This document shows positions 25,532-38,801 of a stretch of DNA of 64,000 nucleotides, piece by piece. The position numbers were made by a program, and so were the translations under genes. The notes beneath the pieces are model-generated. The model did not search any database and was not told the DNA's origin. It was given only the letters and a program-made list of their open reading frames with translations. The number at the start of each line of letters is the position of its first letter. The stretch's first letter is position 1. The DNA comes from Octopus vulgaris (Eukaryota): NCBI GenBank assembly GCA_951406725.2, contig OX597842.1, positions 4,898,001 through 4,962,000 on the forward strand. Direction: 5' to 3'.

Positions 25532-26669
25532 GTCAGTATATATAACCCCTTTTTCTTTTTCCTACTCCTTCATCCTCGCTTCCCACAACACTGCTCCCTA
25601 TGTCACCCCCTTCTCCACCATCTTCGCACAACAATAAATCTGCTTCCCTCATAATACTTTACTCACTCTCTCCTCATTTCTCAGGTGTCTTTCGACTAAG
25701 GACAAATTAAATTAAGCTGGGTGTGTGGAAGTGAAGCCTTATGGCAGGGACATAAGAGATGACAGGTATGGGAAGGAATATAGATGTTGAACGAATGGTA
25801 GTTGAACCAAGGAAGAAAGGTTAGGCTTGACCGAATAGCGATCACGTGGATAGAGAGGAGAGAGGTAGAGGCAGAGGGATAAAAGAATTAGGGAGGGATG
25901 AGAGAAAAAGAAAAAGTGACAGAGTGAAGGGAAAGAGGTGGGAAGGTGAGAATGAAGAGAAAGCTAGGAAATGTGAGAGAGGGAGAGTGAAAGAAGAGTG
26001 GAAAGAGCGGAGTAAATGTGAAGGGGCTGAAAGAAAGAATAAGTGAGTCATACAAAATTTTATACATATATATATATAGACACACACGCACACACACGCA
26101 CACACACACATACACATATACATACATATGTACTTACATATAAGAGACCAAAGTGTAAGTACACTGCTACATGTATGTAAAAAAGAATACAAAAAATGGG
26201 ACAAGAACGTGACAGGCGACAACAAAACATCCAGACAGTTGGATGATACAAAAAGGGACATGAAAAAACAAGGACAGGTCATTCAAAGTTTTCTTTCCTC
26301 AGTCGAGTTGTAGATTATCTTTGCAGTTTCAGCTGGTTATACTTGAGACTGCTCCAATCTGGGCAGCCCAAGGAAAATCTAAGCTAAGAGCAGTAGATTC
26401 CTTTGAAGAAAACAGTGTATATGGAAACAAGGACGGCAAAAAAAAATGGAGAAATGGTACACAAATACAAATGTAAACAACAGGTATCTTTCGGTATGGG
26501 AAGAAGTGGCTTTGTGCCAGGAAATGAGAGATTAGAGTGTGACAGAGGGACAGAAACAGGTGTCTTGCTGTAGAGGAGATACACGGTTACCCGAGTCAGA
26601 GGGAGCAAGAGAGAGAAGGTGGCAATTATAAGATAAAACTTATAATTTCTCTCACACACACATTATTCA

Positions 26670-27010
26670 GGTTGCCTTTCATTCTACTGGGGTGAATTTA
26701 GTATCTTTCTAAAAGCACCTTTGGTGTGAATGTAATTACGATGGAGGGCTAACACTGACTTTACCTTTCATTCTTTTGAGAGTAGTTAAAATAAAGTAGC
26801 AGTGAAATACTGGGGTAAATTTAATATTTCTATAAAACATCCTAGATGTGAATAGTAATATAATAGAAAACTAAAACTAACTTTACCTTTCATCCTTTGA
26901 TGAAATAAAGTAACAATGAAATTCTGGGGTAGAATTAATATTCCTATAAAACATCCTGTATGTAAATAGAATTATAGTAGAAGTCTTAAGACTAACTTTA
27001 TCTTTCGTTA
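26670..27010. repeat. Degenerate ~118-bp tandem repeat x3
   Basis: Recurring CTTTACCTTTCAT..AAATAAAGTA.CA.TGAAAT.CTGGGGT..TATAAAACATCCT. Confidence 0.65.
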
Positions 27011-27130
27011 CTCTTGGGTAAGTAGCAGTGAAGCACTGGCATTGACATAATCAATTGTTTCCTTCTCACAGAATTTTGGTCATATTCATGCATTAGAAAT
27101 AATTCTTAATACAATTATTATTGTTTCCAG

Positions 27131-27324
27131 GGTGACAACATGTGTGGCAGTTGACTGTGAAATGGTTGGCACTGGTGAATCAGGTAATGATGATATGCTG
27201 GCTCGAGTATCTGTGGTCAACCAGTATGGACATTGTCTTTATGATAAATATGTGAAACCTATGGCAGAGATTACAGATTATCGAACACGTTTTAGTGGAA
27301 TCACACCCAATTTACTCAAGGATG
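27131..27324 (+). CDS. REXO4: REXO4 exon 5, ExoI motif (VAVDCEMVG...LARVSVVN...YDKYVKP...DYRTRFSGI)
   Basis: Acceptor TTTCCAG, donor GTGAGT at 27325; DEDDh ExoI D-x-E motif. Confidence 0.95.
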
Positions 27325-28712
27325 GTGAGTTTACACACTTTTTTGTTTGTTGGGGTGGTGGTGTTAGTGTTACAGCAGTCATGTGTGTGTGTGTGTGTGT
27401 GTTCCCCACCACATGACAGCCAATGGTGGTGTGTTTACATACACCTTAACTTCACAGTTCAGCAAAAGAGACCAATAGACTTTAAAAATTAAGTTCATTT
27501 GGCCAAAATTCTTCAAGGTGGTGCCCCAGCTTGGTCACAGTCTAATGGCTGAAACAAGTAAATGAGAAAAGAATACATATATATATGTGTGGTGAGAACT
27601 TTGCGTCCAACCACATGTTCAGTCCCACTATTTGGCATCTTGGGCAAATGTATTCTGTAATTTTGGGCTTACCAAAGCCTTGTGAGTGGATTTAGTAGAC
27701 TGAAACTGAAAGAAGTCTGCCATATGTGTGTGTCTTTGTGTTTGTTCCCCAACCACTGCTTGACAACCAGTGTTGGTGTGTTTACATCCCCATAATTAGT
27801 GGTTTGGCAAAAGATGAAGAATAGTAAATAAATGAATAAATAAATTTATTAATCCAATTTACATTGAATATTTTTTTTTATCGATTACAATAAATGAAGA
27901 TTACAAAAAACAATTTTTTTCAGAAATTGCATTAAAAAAGTCAGATTTGGCTGATTTGGGCGAGTTGGTAGGAGGTCAAAAAATAAAAAAATAAAAAGTA
28001 TCACCTACTAAAATCAAACGGTCTACTGGATATCAACACGGGCTCCATTTCCTCTCCTTTGGCTAAGATTTTTCAAATCTCCAAAATTCTGAAAGACACA
28101 GCACTGGTTCCCTAACTAACAAATTGACTGCTCCAAATCTCAGCCTCTTGCAGATCCCCAATTACTTCCTATAAATAAGCCACAGCATGAGAATGAGGGT
28201 CAACTACCTGACCCAACCCCAATTTCTTGAACAAACTTCAACGCAATTCAGATTTTCAAAAAAGAAAAAAAAAAAGTACACCAAAAGTCAGATCCAGTAG
28301 CATGAAAGAATTGTATGATCAACAAAAAGTCATACTCGAGACCTGAAGACTGAATATATACTTCAGTTACTCTCAGCTGACACTTCAATAGCAAAAATTG
28401 TTGATATTCCAGCTAAAGAATTTAATGCAAAGAATGAGATCATGACACTGTCTCATGATAAACAGAATCAATAATGGCTACACCTGAAAATATTGACCCA
28501 TTTAGCATAATAAGGTATAACGTTATAACTTTCAAACTTTTAAGGATTTACATTCTAAAACTATATATAATTTTCTTTTAACCCTTTTTAATATGTGTTC
28601 ACTTAATAAAAATATTGACGAATTCTTATTTTACTTAAAAAATTTATGTAAAATGGCTGAAATTCTTGTATTTTCTGAAACTTGGTTTAGTATAAACAAT
28701 AGTGCAGATATA

Positions 28713-29105
28713 GGCGCAGGAGTGGCTGTGTGGTAAGTAGCTTGCTAACCAACCACATGGTTCCGGGTTCAGTCCCACTGCGTGGCATCTTGGGCAAGTG
28801 TCTTCTGCTATAGCCCCGGGCCGACCAATGCCTTGTGAGTGGATTTGGTAGACGGAAACTGAAAGAAGCCTGTTGTATATATGTATATATATATGTGTGT
28901 GTGTGTTTGTCTGTCTGTTTGTCCCCCTAGCATTGCTTGACAACCGATGCTGGTGTGTTTACGTCCCTGTCACTTAGCGGTTCGGCAAAAGAGACCGATA
29001 GAATAAGTACTGGGCTTACAAAGAATAAGTCCCGGGGTCGATTTGCTCGACTAAAGGCGGTGCTCAGGCATGGCCACAGTCAAATGACTGAAACAAGTAA
29101 AAGAG
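28713..29105 (+). mobile_element. tRNA-derived SINE, family A (best-preserved copy)
   Basis: Head GGCGCAGGAGTGGCTGTGTGGTAAG..GGTTCAGTCCC (box A/B-like), internal (TA)/(TG) tract, tail GACTGAAACAAGTAAAAGAG. Other copies at ~289-665, 6611-6790, 7147-7470, 19057-19435, 27585-27810, 44080-44535, 54437-54790. Confidence 0.85.
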
Positions 29106-30039
29106 TATATATCTGGCTACAATAGCTTCCATATTTTTCATGATCATGTAAAAGGTGGTAGTATAAATGTGTGTGTATAATCCAAACTATGTTCTTCGTT
29201 AATAGATGACTTGTCATATTTTAATAATAATATTGAAGCATGTTCTGTTAAAATAACAATTAATTCCTCTACATGCACTGTAACATGAGTTTATCGACTT
29301 CAAATATTCTTTCAAATATTCTGGTCTCCTGTAATCCGAACCGTGCCGTGGTTGTATCTGGTGACTTAACATGGACATCTTAAATCCTACTAACACCAGA
29401 AATCAATTTATAAATATTTATAAATAAGTACTAGGCTTAACAAAAGAAAAAAAAGAAAGAATAACAAGGTGGTGCCCCGTTCTGGCTGAAACAAGTGAAA
29501 GGCATGAAAGGTGGATATTAAATGATGATTATGGACATATTTGTTCATATAAGTCTTTGTTAATTCATCAGAAATGATAAATTACAGGACTCAGTACAAA
29601 TGTAAAGTATTCTTTAGTGAATGCTTGTGGCTTAGTGTTTCGAGTATTTGGCTTACAGTCGTCAGGTTGTGAGTTCAATTCCTGGTGACATGTTATCTTT
29701 GAGTAAGACACTTTATTTTTTGTTGCTTCAGTCAACTCTGCTGGCAGAACTGAGTTTGCCACATTCTATGTGACATGTTGAATCTCACTGAGACAAACTA
29801 TGTTATGGGTACAAGTGTTTGTGGAGTGCTTGACCACTTGCATGAGCAGGCTGTTCAGTTGACCAGATCTACGGCAACACTAAGTTTATTTCTAGTACTT
29901 TCAGCTCTAACACGCTACTTTCGATTCAGAACAAGGCTAAACTTCCATTTTTTGACACCATTTTCATTGTTTATATACTAATCACGAGGGTAATCAAGCT
30001 TTGAAACTGAACTTACTTTTTTTTTATTTTCTACTGTGA

Positions 30040-30790
30040 ACAAAAACAGTCACTCTTGCATTAAAGAGCATGTAACCATGACTACGATTTCACTTGTCTT
30101 GATGGTTCTTCTCAAGCCTGGCATATTGCCAAAGGCCTTGGTTATTAGTCATTGCCTCTGTGAGGCCCAACATTCAAAGATCATGCTTCACTACCTCATC
30201 ATATGTCTTCCTGGGTCTACCTCTTCAATAGGTTCCCTCCACTGTTAGGGTGTGACACTTCTTTACACAGCTGTCCTCATCCATATGCATCACATGACCA
30301 TACCAGTGAAGTCGTCTCTCTTGTACACCACATCTGATGCCCCTTATGCCCAACTTTTCAAGACATTTACACTCTGTTGCACATGCACACTGACAGTGCC
30401 CATCCAGCGAATCATGCTAGCTTCATTTCTTACAAACCTACACATGTCCTAGGTGGTCACAGCCCATGTTTCACTGCTGTGTAGCTGTTTGCACACAAGG
30501 CATCATACAATCTGCCTTTCAGATTTTCAGAATTGTTGTGTGTGATACATTTCAACTCTTTGCAATATGACAATCAGATTCAATTATGGCATCATCAACT
30601 TCAGTATGTTGTGAAAAATCTCCAGAACAGAATTTTTAAAACCATTTCTGACTTGTGCATTCTGTTTAGCAGTCAACACTATAAACTTTACATATCCCTT
30701 TGTGAGCCTCAGCAGCTTTCCTGCCTTTATGGAAACAATAAAGCAAAATACGGCGAAAATGTTCATTTTTGCACTCCATGTTAATGTTGT
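30040..30790 (-). mobile_element. Decayed RTE 3' fragment related to the 58-61 kb element
   Basis: Colinear similarity to 58860-59280 (GGTCTACCTCTT, CACATGACCATACCAG, GCATCATACA..CTGCCTTT). Confidence 0.65.
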
Positions 30791-32219
30791 TAGTGAGCTA
30801 ATAGCTGTAAACAAAATTATGTGCAGCAATATATGCTTCTAAAGTAAGCTAAAACTAACGGCTAATAAATATCAAAAGGCAAAAAATCATTGACAAAAGT
30901 CATTAAAAAAAATCGTGACTATCTATTTGCAAAAAAAGAAATGACTTTTTTGTCAACCCCCTATACACACACACACACACACACGCATATATAAAAAGTA
31001 TAATAAGGATAGGAAAAATAGAAGTGTAGACTTTACTTTATTTCAATAAGTCTGGTTACAATAGGAAAATTGAATACCTTGCTATTTCTAGCCCTGATTA
31101 TATTGATCAATTGAACCTTATTAATAATGAATATGGACTTGATTTTGAATATTCTAAATCTAGACGGAAGGGTAAATATGGATCTGAAAATGCGCGTAAG
31201 AACAAAGAGAAATAATCCTTTAATCCCAGTTACTAATGTTCATAAATATAAATGTAATTACATGCTAAAAGGTAATAATTTTAAGTTGGTCCTATAAGGA
31301 TTTAGGTCATTCTAATGTAGTTTGGGACAAGAATAACATTATATGGTGTATTATCCCCTTTGCTGGTTAATTAAAAAATAACTTAGTTGGGGCTGTTTAT
31401 AAATTATTTTTGAAACATTTTAATAAAAAAAGTAGATACTATGAGATTTTGAATCTGAGATCTCTTCAGGTTTCCTTTTCGATTTATCAGAATTTATCTC
31501 AGATTATTTCTTCTATTAATGAGAAGAAATTATCTGTTTTTTATCTTAATATTAGTGAGATCAATTGCTTGGATGCTAATGTTATTGATTTTTCCATTAG
31601 CCAGGGTGGTAGTGATGGTTTTCATTCAAATCTAAGTTTTAGTAATAATGAGGAGGGTAGCTATTTTTGCTTAATATTAATTCAGTTGTTGAAGGCTTGA
31701 GTAGGGCTGGAAATTCTCTTTGTGATTGTAGAAACAAAGAAAATTGTTTATTTAGAAATTTTTGTAAATGTAAAGAAGTAGTTTATCACACTAAAATCAT
31801 TTCTGAGGGTAATGATTACTTTTATATTAGTTTCTTTTGCTAATTATAATATGAAAAGGGTTTTGAATCATTACCATTCCTTTAGGAACAGAAATAGGGC
31901 TTTTTCTACCAGTCTCAGTGATTTCATCTGGAATCTTAAAGATCATGATAAAATGTTCTTTATTGAATGAGACATTTTAGGGACAGCTCCAGCCTATAGG
32001 ATTGGTAATAAGTTCTGTCCTCTTTGTTCTGAAGAATTTGTTTTGATTTTATTTTCTAGAAGAAAACTTAAATTCAAAATGGGAAAGAGGATTTTTTTTG
32101 TGTTATAGGAATAAATGTGTGATTAAAAATTTTAAATAAGTAGGTCTTTTAAGGATGTTTTATTTAATTTGATTAACTTATAATTTCACCCTTTGTATTT
32201 ACTATTTAAGTAGGTTCTT

Positions 32220-32515
32220 CTCTCATTTCATTATTTACATTTGATGGATATTTGTCCTCATCTTGTTTGTTGTTAACACAACATTTCAGCTCATATACCC
32301 TCCAGCCATCATCAGGTGTCTTGGGGAAATTTCAAACATGGGTTCTCATCCCTAAGGTATTTTTCGATGTTATTATTATTATTATCATCATTATTATTCA
32401 GTTCACTGCCTGGAATCAAACTTGGAATCTTGGGGTTAGTAGCCCGACTCTTAACCACTACGCCATATGCCTGTGGGCAATTATGGAGTGAATTTTTGGG
32501 CTTATAAATCTAGAT
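32220..32515 (-). mobile_element. Solo terminal repeat of the same Penelope family (ORF stop, tRNA-like head, (AAT)n, minimal HHR)
   Basis: Matches 14590-14780 and 16494-16720; CTGATGA...GAAA on - at 32275-32320; box A TGGCGTAGTGG at 32455-32465. Confidence 0.8.
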
Positions 32516-32696
32516 GGAAGGGTAAATATGGATCTGAAAATGGACATTCAGGAAAGGAAAGAAAGAGGATTTTACGTTTTGAACAAAGCGTTTTTTCAGA
32601 AATAGAGGAAAGTCCAAAAGAAGGGAAGACGGAGGAAGAAAATAGCCAACGATACACACGTGGTTACATGAATATATATATATATATATGTATGTA

Positions 32697-32729
<33 letters not shown>

Positions 32730-32738
32730 GTGTGTGTG

Positions 32739-32774
<36 letters not shown>

Positions 32775-33013
32775 TGTATCTCGTACCGGTGGCACGTAAA
32801 AGCACCCACTACACTCTGGGAGTGGTTGGCGTTAGGAGGGACATCCAGCTGTAGAAACTCTGCCAGATCAGATTGGATCCTGGTGCAGCCATCTGGTTTG
32901 CCAGTCCTCAGTCAAATCGTCCAACCCATGCTAGCATGGAAAGTGGACGTTAAACGATGATGATGTATATATATATATATATATCTATATATGTAGGTAT
33001 AAATATGTATATA

Positions 33014-34305
33014 CAAGGGGCGTTCAATAAGTAATGCCCCTGACCCACTTCCCATAGCAGTAGAGCAACGAAACTTGGCACAGTTATTAGTCTTTTTTCT
33101 ACATAGGAATCACCAAGAGTTACGCATTTCTCACATCGTTTGATGCGGCTCTGGAGACCGTTTTTGTAGAAGAACCCAGCTTGGTCCTCCAACCTCAACG
33201 TGACTTCAGAAATCAAGGTTGCATCATCTGGGAAACGCTTTCCTTTCAAAAACAACTTCATGATTGGGAAGAGGTGAAAATCAGAGGGTGCAAGGTCAGG
33301 AAAGTAGGGGGGATGGGGAGGAGTTCATAGCCATACGCCTGTGCTTCTGATCTGGCGACAAGTGAGTTGTGGACCGGAGCGTTGTCCTGCAGGAGGAGGA
33401 TGCCTTTGCTGATCTTGCCCCGCCTCTTGATTTTGATAACTTCTCTTAATTTCCTCAAAAGTGAAGCATAATAGGCTCCTGCAATTGTGGTACCCTTTGC
33501 CAGGAAATCTGTCATCATTACTCCGTCCTGGTCCCAGAAGACTGTGAGCATGACCTTGCCAGCGGAGGGCTGCACCCTTGCCTTCTTTGGAGGGGTTGAG
33601 TCACAGTGCTTCCACTGCATTGACTGGGCTTTGGTCTCTGGATCATCATGATGGACCCAGGTTTCATCCTGTGTAATCAGTCTTTTGAAAAATTTTGACT
33701 CATCTTCTTGGCACATCTCCAAATTCACCCTCAAGCACTCGACGCGTTCTTGCTTCTGGAAAGGCGTAAGCAACCTGGGAATCTATCTGGCAGACACCTT
33801 TTGCATATGCAAATGGTCATGAATGATAGTTTCCACAGACCCGGTACTAATCTTGACCTCGTGGGCTATTTGGCGAATAATTATGCGTTGATCTTCCAAA
33901 ATGGCAGCCTCAACTTGATGGACAGATGCCTCATCAATGGCAGAAGGGGGCGACCAGATCTGGGAGCTGTTTCCACAGAGTTCCGACCATGTTTGAATTC
34001 ATGATGCCAGCGTTTTACAAGGTCATATGATGGGGCATCATCACCATAAGTTACTTTCATTTCATCAAAAGTCTCCCGTGGGGTGCGTCCTTTCAAATAC
34101 AAAAACCGGATCACTGCTCGACACTCAACAGGCTCCATTTCACACTTGACTCGGTTCAAACACCTGTAAATCAGAAACCACAATTAATTCAGAGCTATAA
34201 TTTGCCACTTAATCTATAGAGATATAAATGATTGCACATGCAAAATTTCAGCTAGATCAAACAACTGCAAGTGGGTCAGAGGCATTACTTATTGAATGTC
34301 CCTCG
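33014..34305 (-). mobile_element. Full-length mariner (D,D34D) transposon with frameshifted transposase
   Basis: ~37-bp TIRs C(A/G)AGGG..(G/A)TTCAATAAGTAATGCC; TA flanks; ITQDETW, LLQDNAPVH, PDLAPSDFHLF motifs. Confidence 0.92.
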
Positions 34306-35592
34306 TATATATATAGGCTGAAAAAATAGCTGACAGGGCCCCTGGAAAGGATTCTTATGTTTACTACATGTAACTAATATATTATTTTTAAACATCCAAG
34401 GGAAATAACCCATTCGCTCTTGAAAGGGATCCTTATATATAGCCAAGTGAAATAACCCATACATGTTCGTAAATTATTTCGAATAAATCAAATTAAGTAT
34501 GCTTATTTCTTAGTATTTGAACTATTTGAGTTATTTTCACAATTTATCTAGTACAATGCTTAAACAAGTAAATAGTATTTTCGACTTAATGTAGCCAGGT
34601 TGGTTGCTGCACAATCTTTTGCGCCATGCACAAAAGAGACTCTTGCACAGCTGCTGCATTGCGCATAACCTCTGACGAGCGCACTACATTTGTATATTTT
34701 TTTTCTTTGGAGGCAATTGGTGTCTTTCCTCAGGGAAGTATTTCTCCTTAAGGCCCCTGTAGTTTTGGCTCAATCTTGGGTGAACAAACCGGCAGTTTGT
34801 ACTGTCTTCCCCATGCCAACATTTGCCTTGCAGGTAAAATTTGCAGGTCCTCAAGTACACTCCAAATTTCTCCTCCCCTCTTGGGTTTCAGATTCCATTG
34901 GAGCCTCCATATTTGAGTTTTCTATTTTTTGTTTGGTGGTTTGGGGTTTCAGTTTTATTTATTTCATTTTCCTTTTTCTCTCCTTCCTTCTTTATGTTTG
35001 TGCTTGTGTTCAGCCCTTTCTTTTCTTGTGGTAGCATTTGTAATGTTTCTCCGAATTAGTCACATGTATATTATAATAACGAAAGCTGCTTATTATCTAT
35101 TTACCAAATAAACTATGTTTTTGACTCAACAACTCTTTTTTACAACTAAAATAACCTCAGCAACTAGGTTGGGTCACACAATATTGAAGTCATTTTCGGA
35201 CAATATTTTGATTTGCTTCTAATGTATCACTTTCATCCGACATTTTACACATGCGTAGAATTCTATTCAGACAAATATTTATGAAAATGTACACACAAAT
35301 ATTGTATTAAAATAAGCCACAATAAAAAAAAATTGCATTAAAAGAAAAGCCTAATTTGTGATTTGAAAAGGATTATATTTCATTTTGTTTTTAATTAATT
35401 AGGCTTGAAAACAACTTGTAGAGTTTTTACTGGATATATGTACCAACTTGGAATAAAGCAACACCTACACTTCTGTCTCAGTGTACTGATATTGAATATA
35501 TATATATATTTTTTATATATATATTCCTTGCTTTGGTTTGAACCAGTGGACTTGGATGTTTAACATCCTTTTGAAGGATTTAGGTCCTTCTT

Positions 35593-35641
<49 letters not shown>

Positions 35642-36847
35642 TCGGTCATTTGACTGTGGCCATGCTGGAGCACTGACTTTAGTCGAGCAAATCGACCCCA
35701 GGACTTATTCTTTGTAAGCCTAGTACTTATTCTATCGATCTCTTTTGCCGAACCGCTACTTTCCGGGGATGTAAACACACCAGCATCGGTTGTCAAGCGA
35801 TATTGGGGATACAAACATATACATACACACACACATACATACATACAGACACACATATATCATTGTCACTAGTTTTACATCCATGGTTGCTTGTGTTGGA
35901 TGGAGTTTATTGAGGCAGATTTTCTGTCACCAATCCACACACGTTTCCAAGCAAGCTAATATTTTGCTGAAGCCAGACATATTTCTCACAGGATATGAGA
36001 AATGAATGACACTGCTTGCAACCATCACACAATTTGAAGACAATGAAATACACACACACACACGGACACACACACAGACACACACACACACACACATGTG
36101 CATAATCATTATTCATATTCAATTTGGCATAAATACATACATATATGTTTTCTTTTGTTTTTTTACTTGTTTCAGTTATTAGGCTGTGGCTATGCTGGAG
36201 CCAACCTCTGTAATTATTATTTTTTAAGTTCAGTACTTATTCCATTGCTCTTTTTTTTTTTTTTTGCTGAACTGTTAACGTATGGGAACATAAACTCACC
36301 AACACCAGTTATCAAGTGGTGGTGGGAGACAAACACATATACACACGATGGGCTTCTTTTAGTTTCCATCTACCAAATCCACTCAGTGGGACTGAACCTG
36401 GAACCATATTGTTGGGAAGCAAGCTTCTTGCAACACAACCATGCCTGTACCTAATTTCATATATATTATTAATTTCAAATTTCAGCAATTTTGATCAACT
36501 GGTGTTTATTTTAATAATTCCAAAAGAATGAAAGCCAAAACTGACATCAGTGGAATTTGAACTCAGAACGTAAAGATGAGTAACATGTCACTAAACTTTT
36601 TGCCTGGCATACCAATGATTCTGTCAGCTTACCACCCTGATGATTTCAAATTTTGTCACAAGGTCAGCAATTCCAGAGGAAGGGAAAGTTAATTAGATTG
36701 ACCCCAGTGCTCAACTGGTAATTAGTTCATTGGCCCCGAAAGGATGTCAAGCAAAGTCAGCCTTGGCGGAATCTGAACTTAGAATGTAAAATGGATGGAA
36801 TGCTGCAAAGCTGGAATGCCAATGATTCTCCCACCTTGCCTTATATA

Positions 36848-37058
36848 CAAGGGGGTGCAGAAAAGTTTCTGGTTTTAAGGGTATTGCAAAAGGCCTGGTT
36901 GAAGGCTCAACCTCCTGAGTTCTTTGACAGAGCTTAGAAACTGAAGGACTGCTGCAATAAGTGTGTGACTCTGAGAGGGCAACATGTTGAATAAAATCAT
37001 AATTAACTGATTTTCCTGTATTTTCTTTTACTCAAAACCAGGAACTTTCCAGCACCAC

Positions 37059-37063
<5 letters not shown>
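36848..37063. mobile_element. Non-autonomous mariner-like MITE (second copy ~48733-48919)
   Basis: TIRs ..GGGGTGC(A/T)GAAAAG..CCTGG / CCAGGAACTTT.CAG.ACC..T; TA flanks; two similar copies. Confidence 0.65.
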
Positions 37064-37098
<35 letters not shown>

Positions 37099-37659
37099 AA
37101 AATAGTTTGATTTGGTCACATGATTCATAGGTTTGTCACATGAATCTAGCCTATACAAGACAGGCGTCTTTCAGACTTTCATCATCATTCAACATTCATT
37201 TTCCATGCTGGCATGGGTTGGACAGTTTGACGAGATGGTAAGCTGCATCAGGTTCCTGTTTGTTTTGGCCTGGTTTCTACAGCTGGATATCCTTCCTAAT
37301 GCCATCCATTCCATAGAGTGCACTGGATGTCTTTTATATGTCGTAGGCACTAGTCATGATTGCAAATTCACTTAGCTTGATGTGTCATCTCAAGCACAGC
37401 AAATTACTCGAAGTCTCAGTCACTTGTCATTGCCTCCGAGAGACTCAACATCTGAAAATCGCATTTTACCACCTCATCCCACATCTTCCTTGGTCTACTA
37501 CTTCCTCAGGTTCCCTGCTAATTCATTTGCTCTTTTAAATTAGTGAAAATGGAATATCTTTGCTGTAACATTAAATCTATTCATTCTGCAGTTATTTTCA
37601 ACCTGGGGATTAAATAATTATAACAAATGTACATTGCCTCTCTTTGTATTTCTCTTCAG

Positions 37660-37748
37660 GTGCAGACTTCAAAACTGTACAGAAAGATGTTGGTGACTTC
37701 ATCAAGGATCGTATACTGGTGGGCCATGCGTTACACAATGACTTCAAG
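37660..37748 (+). CDS. REXO4: REXO4 exon 6, ExoII motif (RILVGHALHNDFK)
   Basis: Acceptor CTCTTCAG, donor GTGAGT at 37749; phase 1/0. Confidence 0.95.
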
Positions 37749-37989
37749 GTGAGTTTGAGTCTCCAATATAGGGGCTCACTAGAAACCCACATTAACTTCT
37801 ATTGGCACAGGGCATATCAGTTTACAATAACATAATTTCAGGTTCAATTCCACTGCATAATACCATGAACATATATCTTCCAGTGTGTGTGTATACCCCT
37901 CTCTCACATATATCTTTTAGATAAACATTTTCCAATAAATCATAAATACAGGAAAATTTTTAACAGATGCTCAATATAAAATATACAGC

Positions 37990-38730
37990 TGTTTCCCCAA
38001 TATGAAGGACATTATAACTTGTAAAAATCACCAAGAGACCACTCCCGGTTGTAACTGTCGAGACCCTGAAGTTTGCCCACTTGACCATGTGTGTATAATA
38101 AACTCTGTCATATACGAGGCTGAAGTTACAGCTATACTTCAAGTTAAATCATTTGAAAACATTGATTTATATGAGGGCAAATTCAACCACCTATTTTTCT
38201 GGGACATCAATAAAAGTAATGCAACTAAGTTGGCTAGCCACGTATAGAATTTGAAGAGCAACTCAACGCCACATACAATTAAGTGGAGAATCGTGGAGAA
38301 ATGCAACTTATGCGTAGAAGAAAGATTTCATATTCTTTTTAGATTCAGCAATTCCAACATACTGCTTAATTCCAGATCTGAAATTTTTAGCAGGTGTAGA
38401 CACATGGACAGGTTTCTTTTATCATATTGGAGGGCACCACCTGCTCTGGATTTTGACATGTTTTTTGTTATTTTGTTCCATAACAGTTGTATTTAATGAG
38501 CTTTCAGGGAAGATGAGGATATTAGTTTTCTTGATTTTGCTTCTTTTTTCTTATTCCATTTTTTGCATCAACCTTCTTTATTTTTTTCTTATTTTATTCC
38601 TGTCCTTTTTTACTAAAAATGCATAAATAGAGCATGAAAGATTGCTTTAAGATACATGTTGTATTTCATACATGCCTGTTTAAATATTATAATAATATGA
38701 AACTATTAGTAGCTCTTTTGGTTGTGCATT
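37990..38730 (+). mobile_element. 3' fragment of a Penelope-like element (Naiad-type GIY-YIG C-terminus), decayed
   Basis: CNCRDPEVCPLDHVC (CxCx5Cx5C), VIYEAEV, ATKLASHV*, IKWRI, CNLC..E, LLNSRSE...CRH; in-frame stop. Confidence 0.7.
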
Positions 38731-38801
38731 AAATTGATATATATATATATATATACACACAAACACACACACAAATGTATATACATGTGTATATATATAT
38801 A

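Noticed and set aside
25842-26313. Charged or hydrophobic ORFs
   Set aside because: Purine-rich low-complexity and microsatellite sequence inside a REXO4 intron
28713-28790. tRNA gene
   Set aside because: tRNA-like head of a multi-copy SINE; no complete cloverleaf, and it continues into the SINE body
31000-32215. Very AT-rich segment that may be an old LINE
   Set aside because: Only faint motif hints (ISVP, LFLSQ-like pieces); could not be supported by eye
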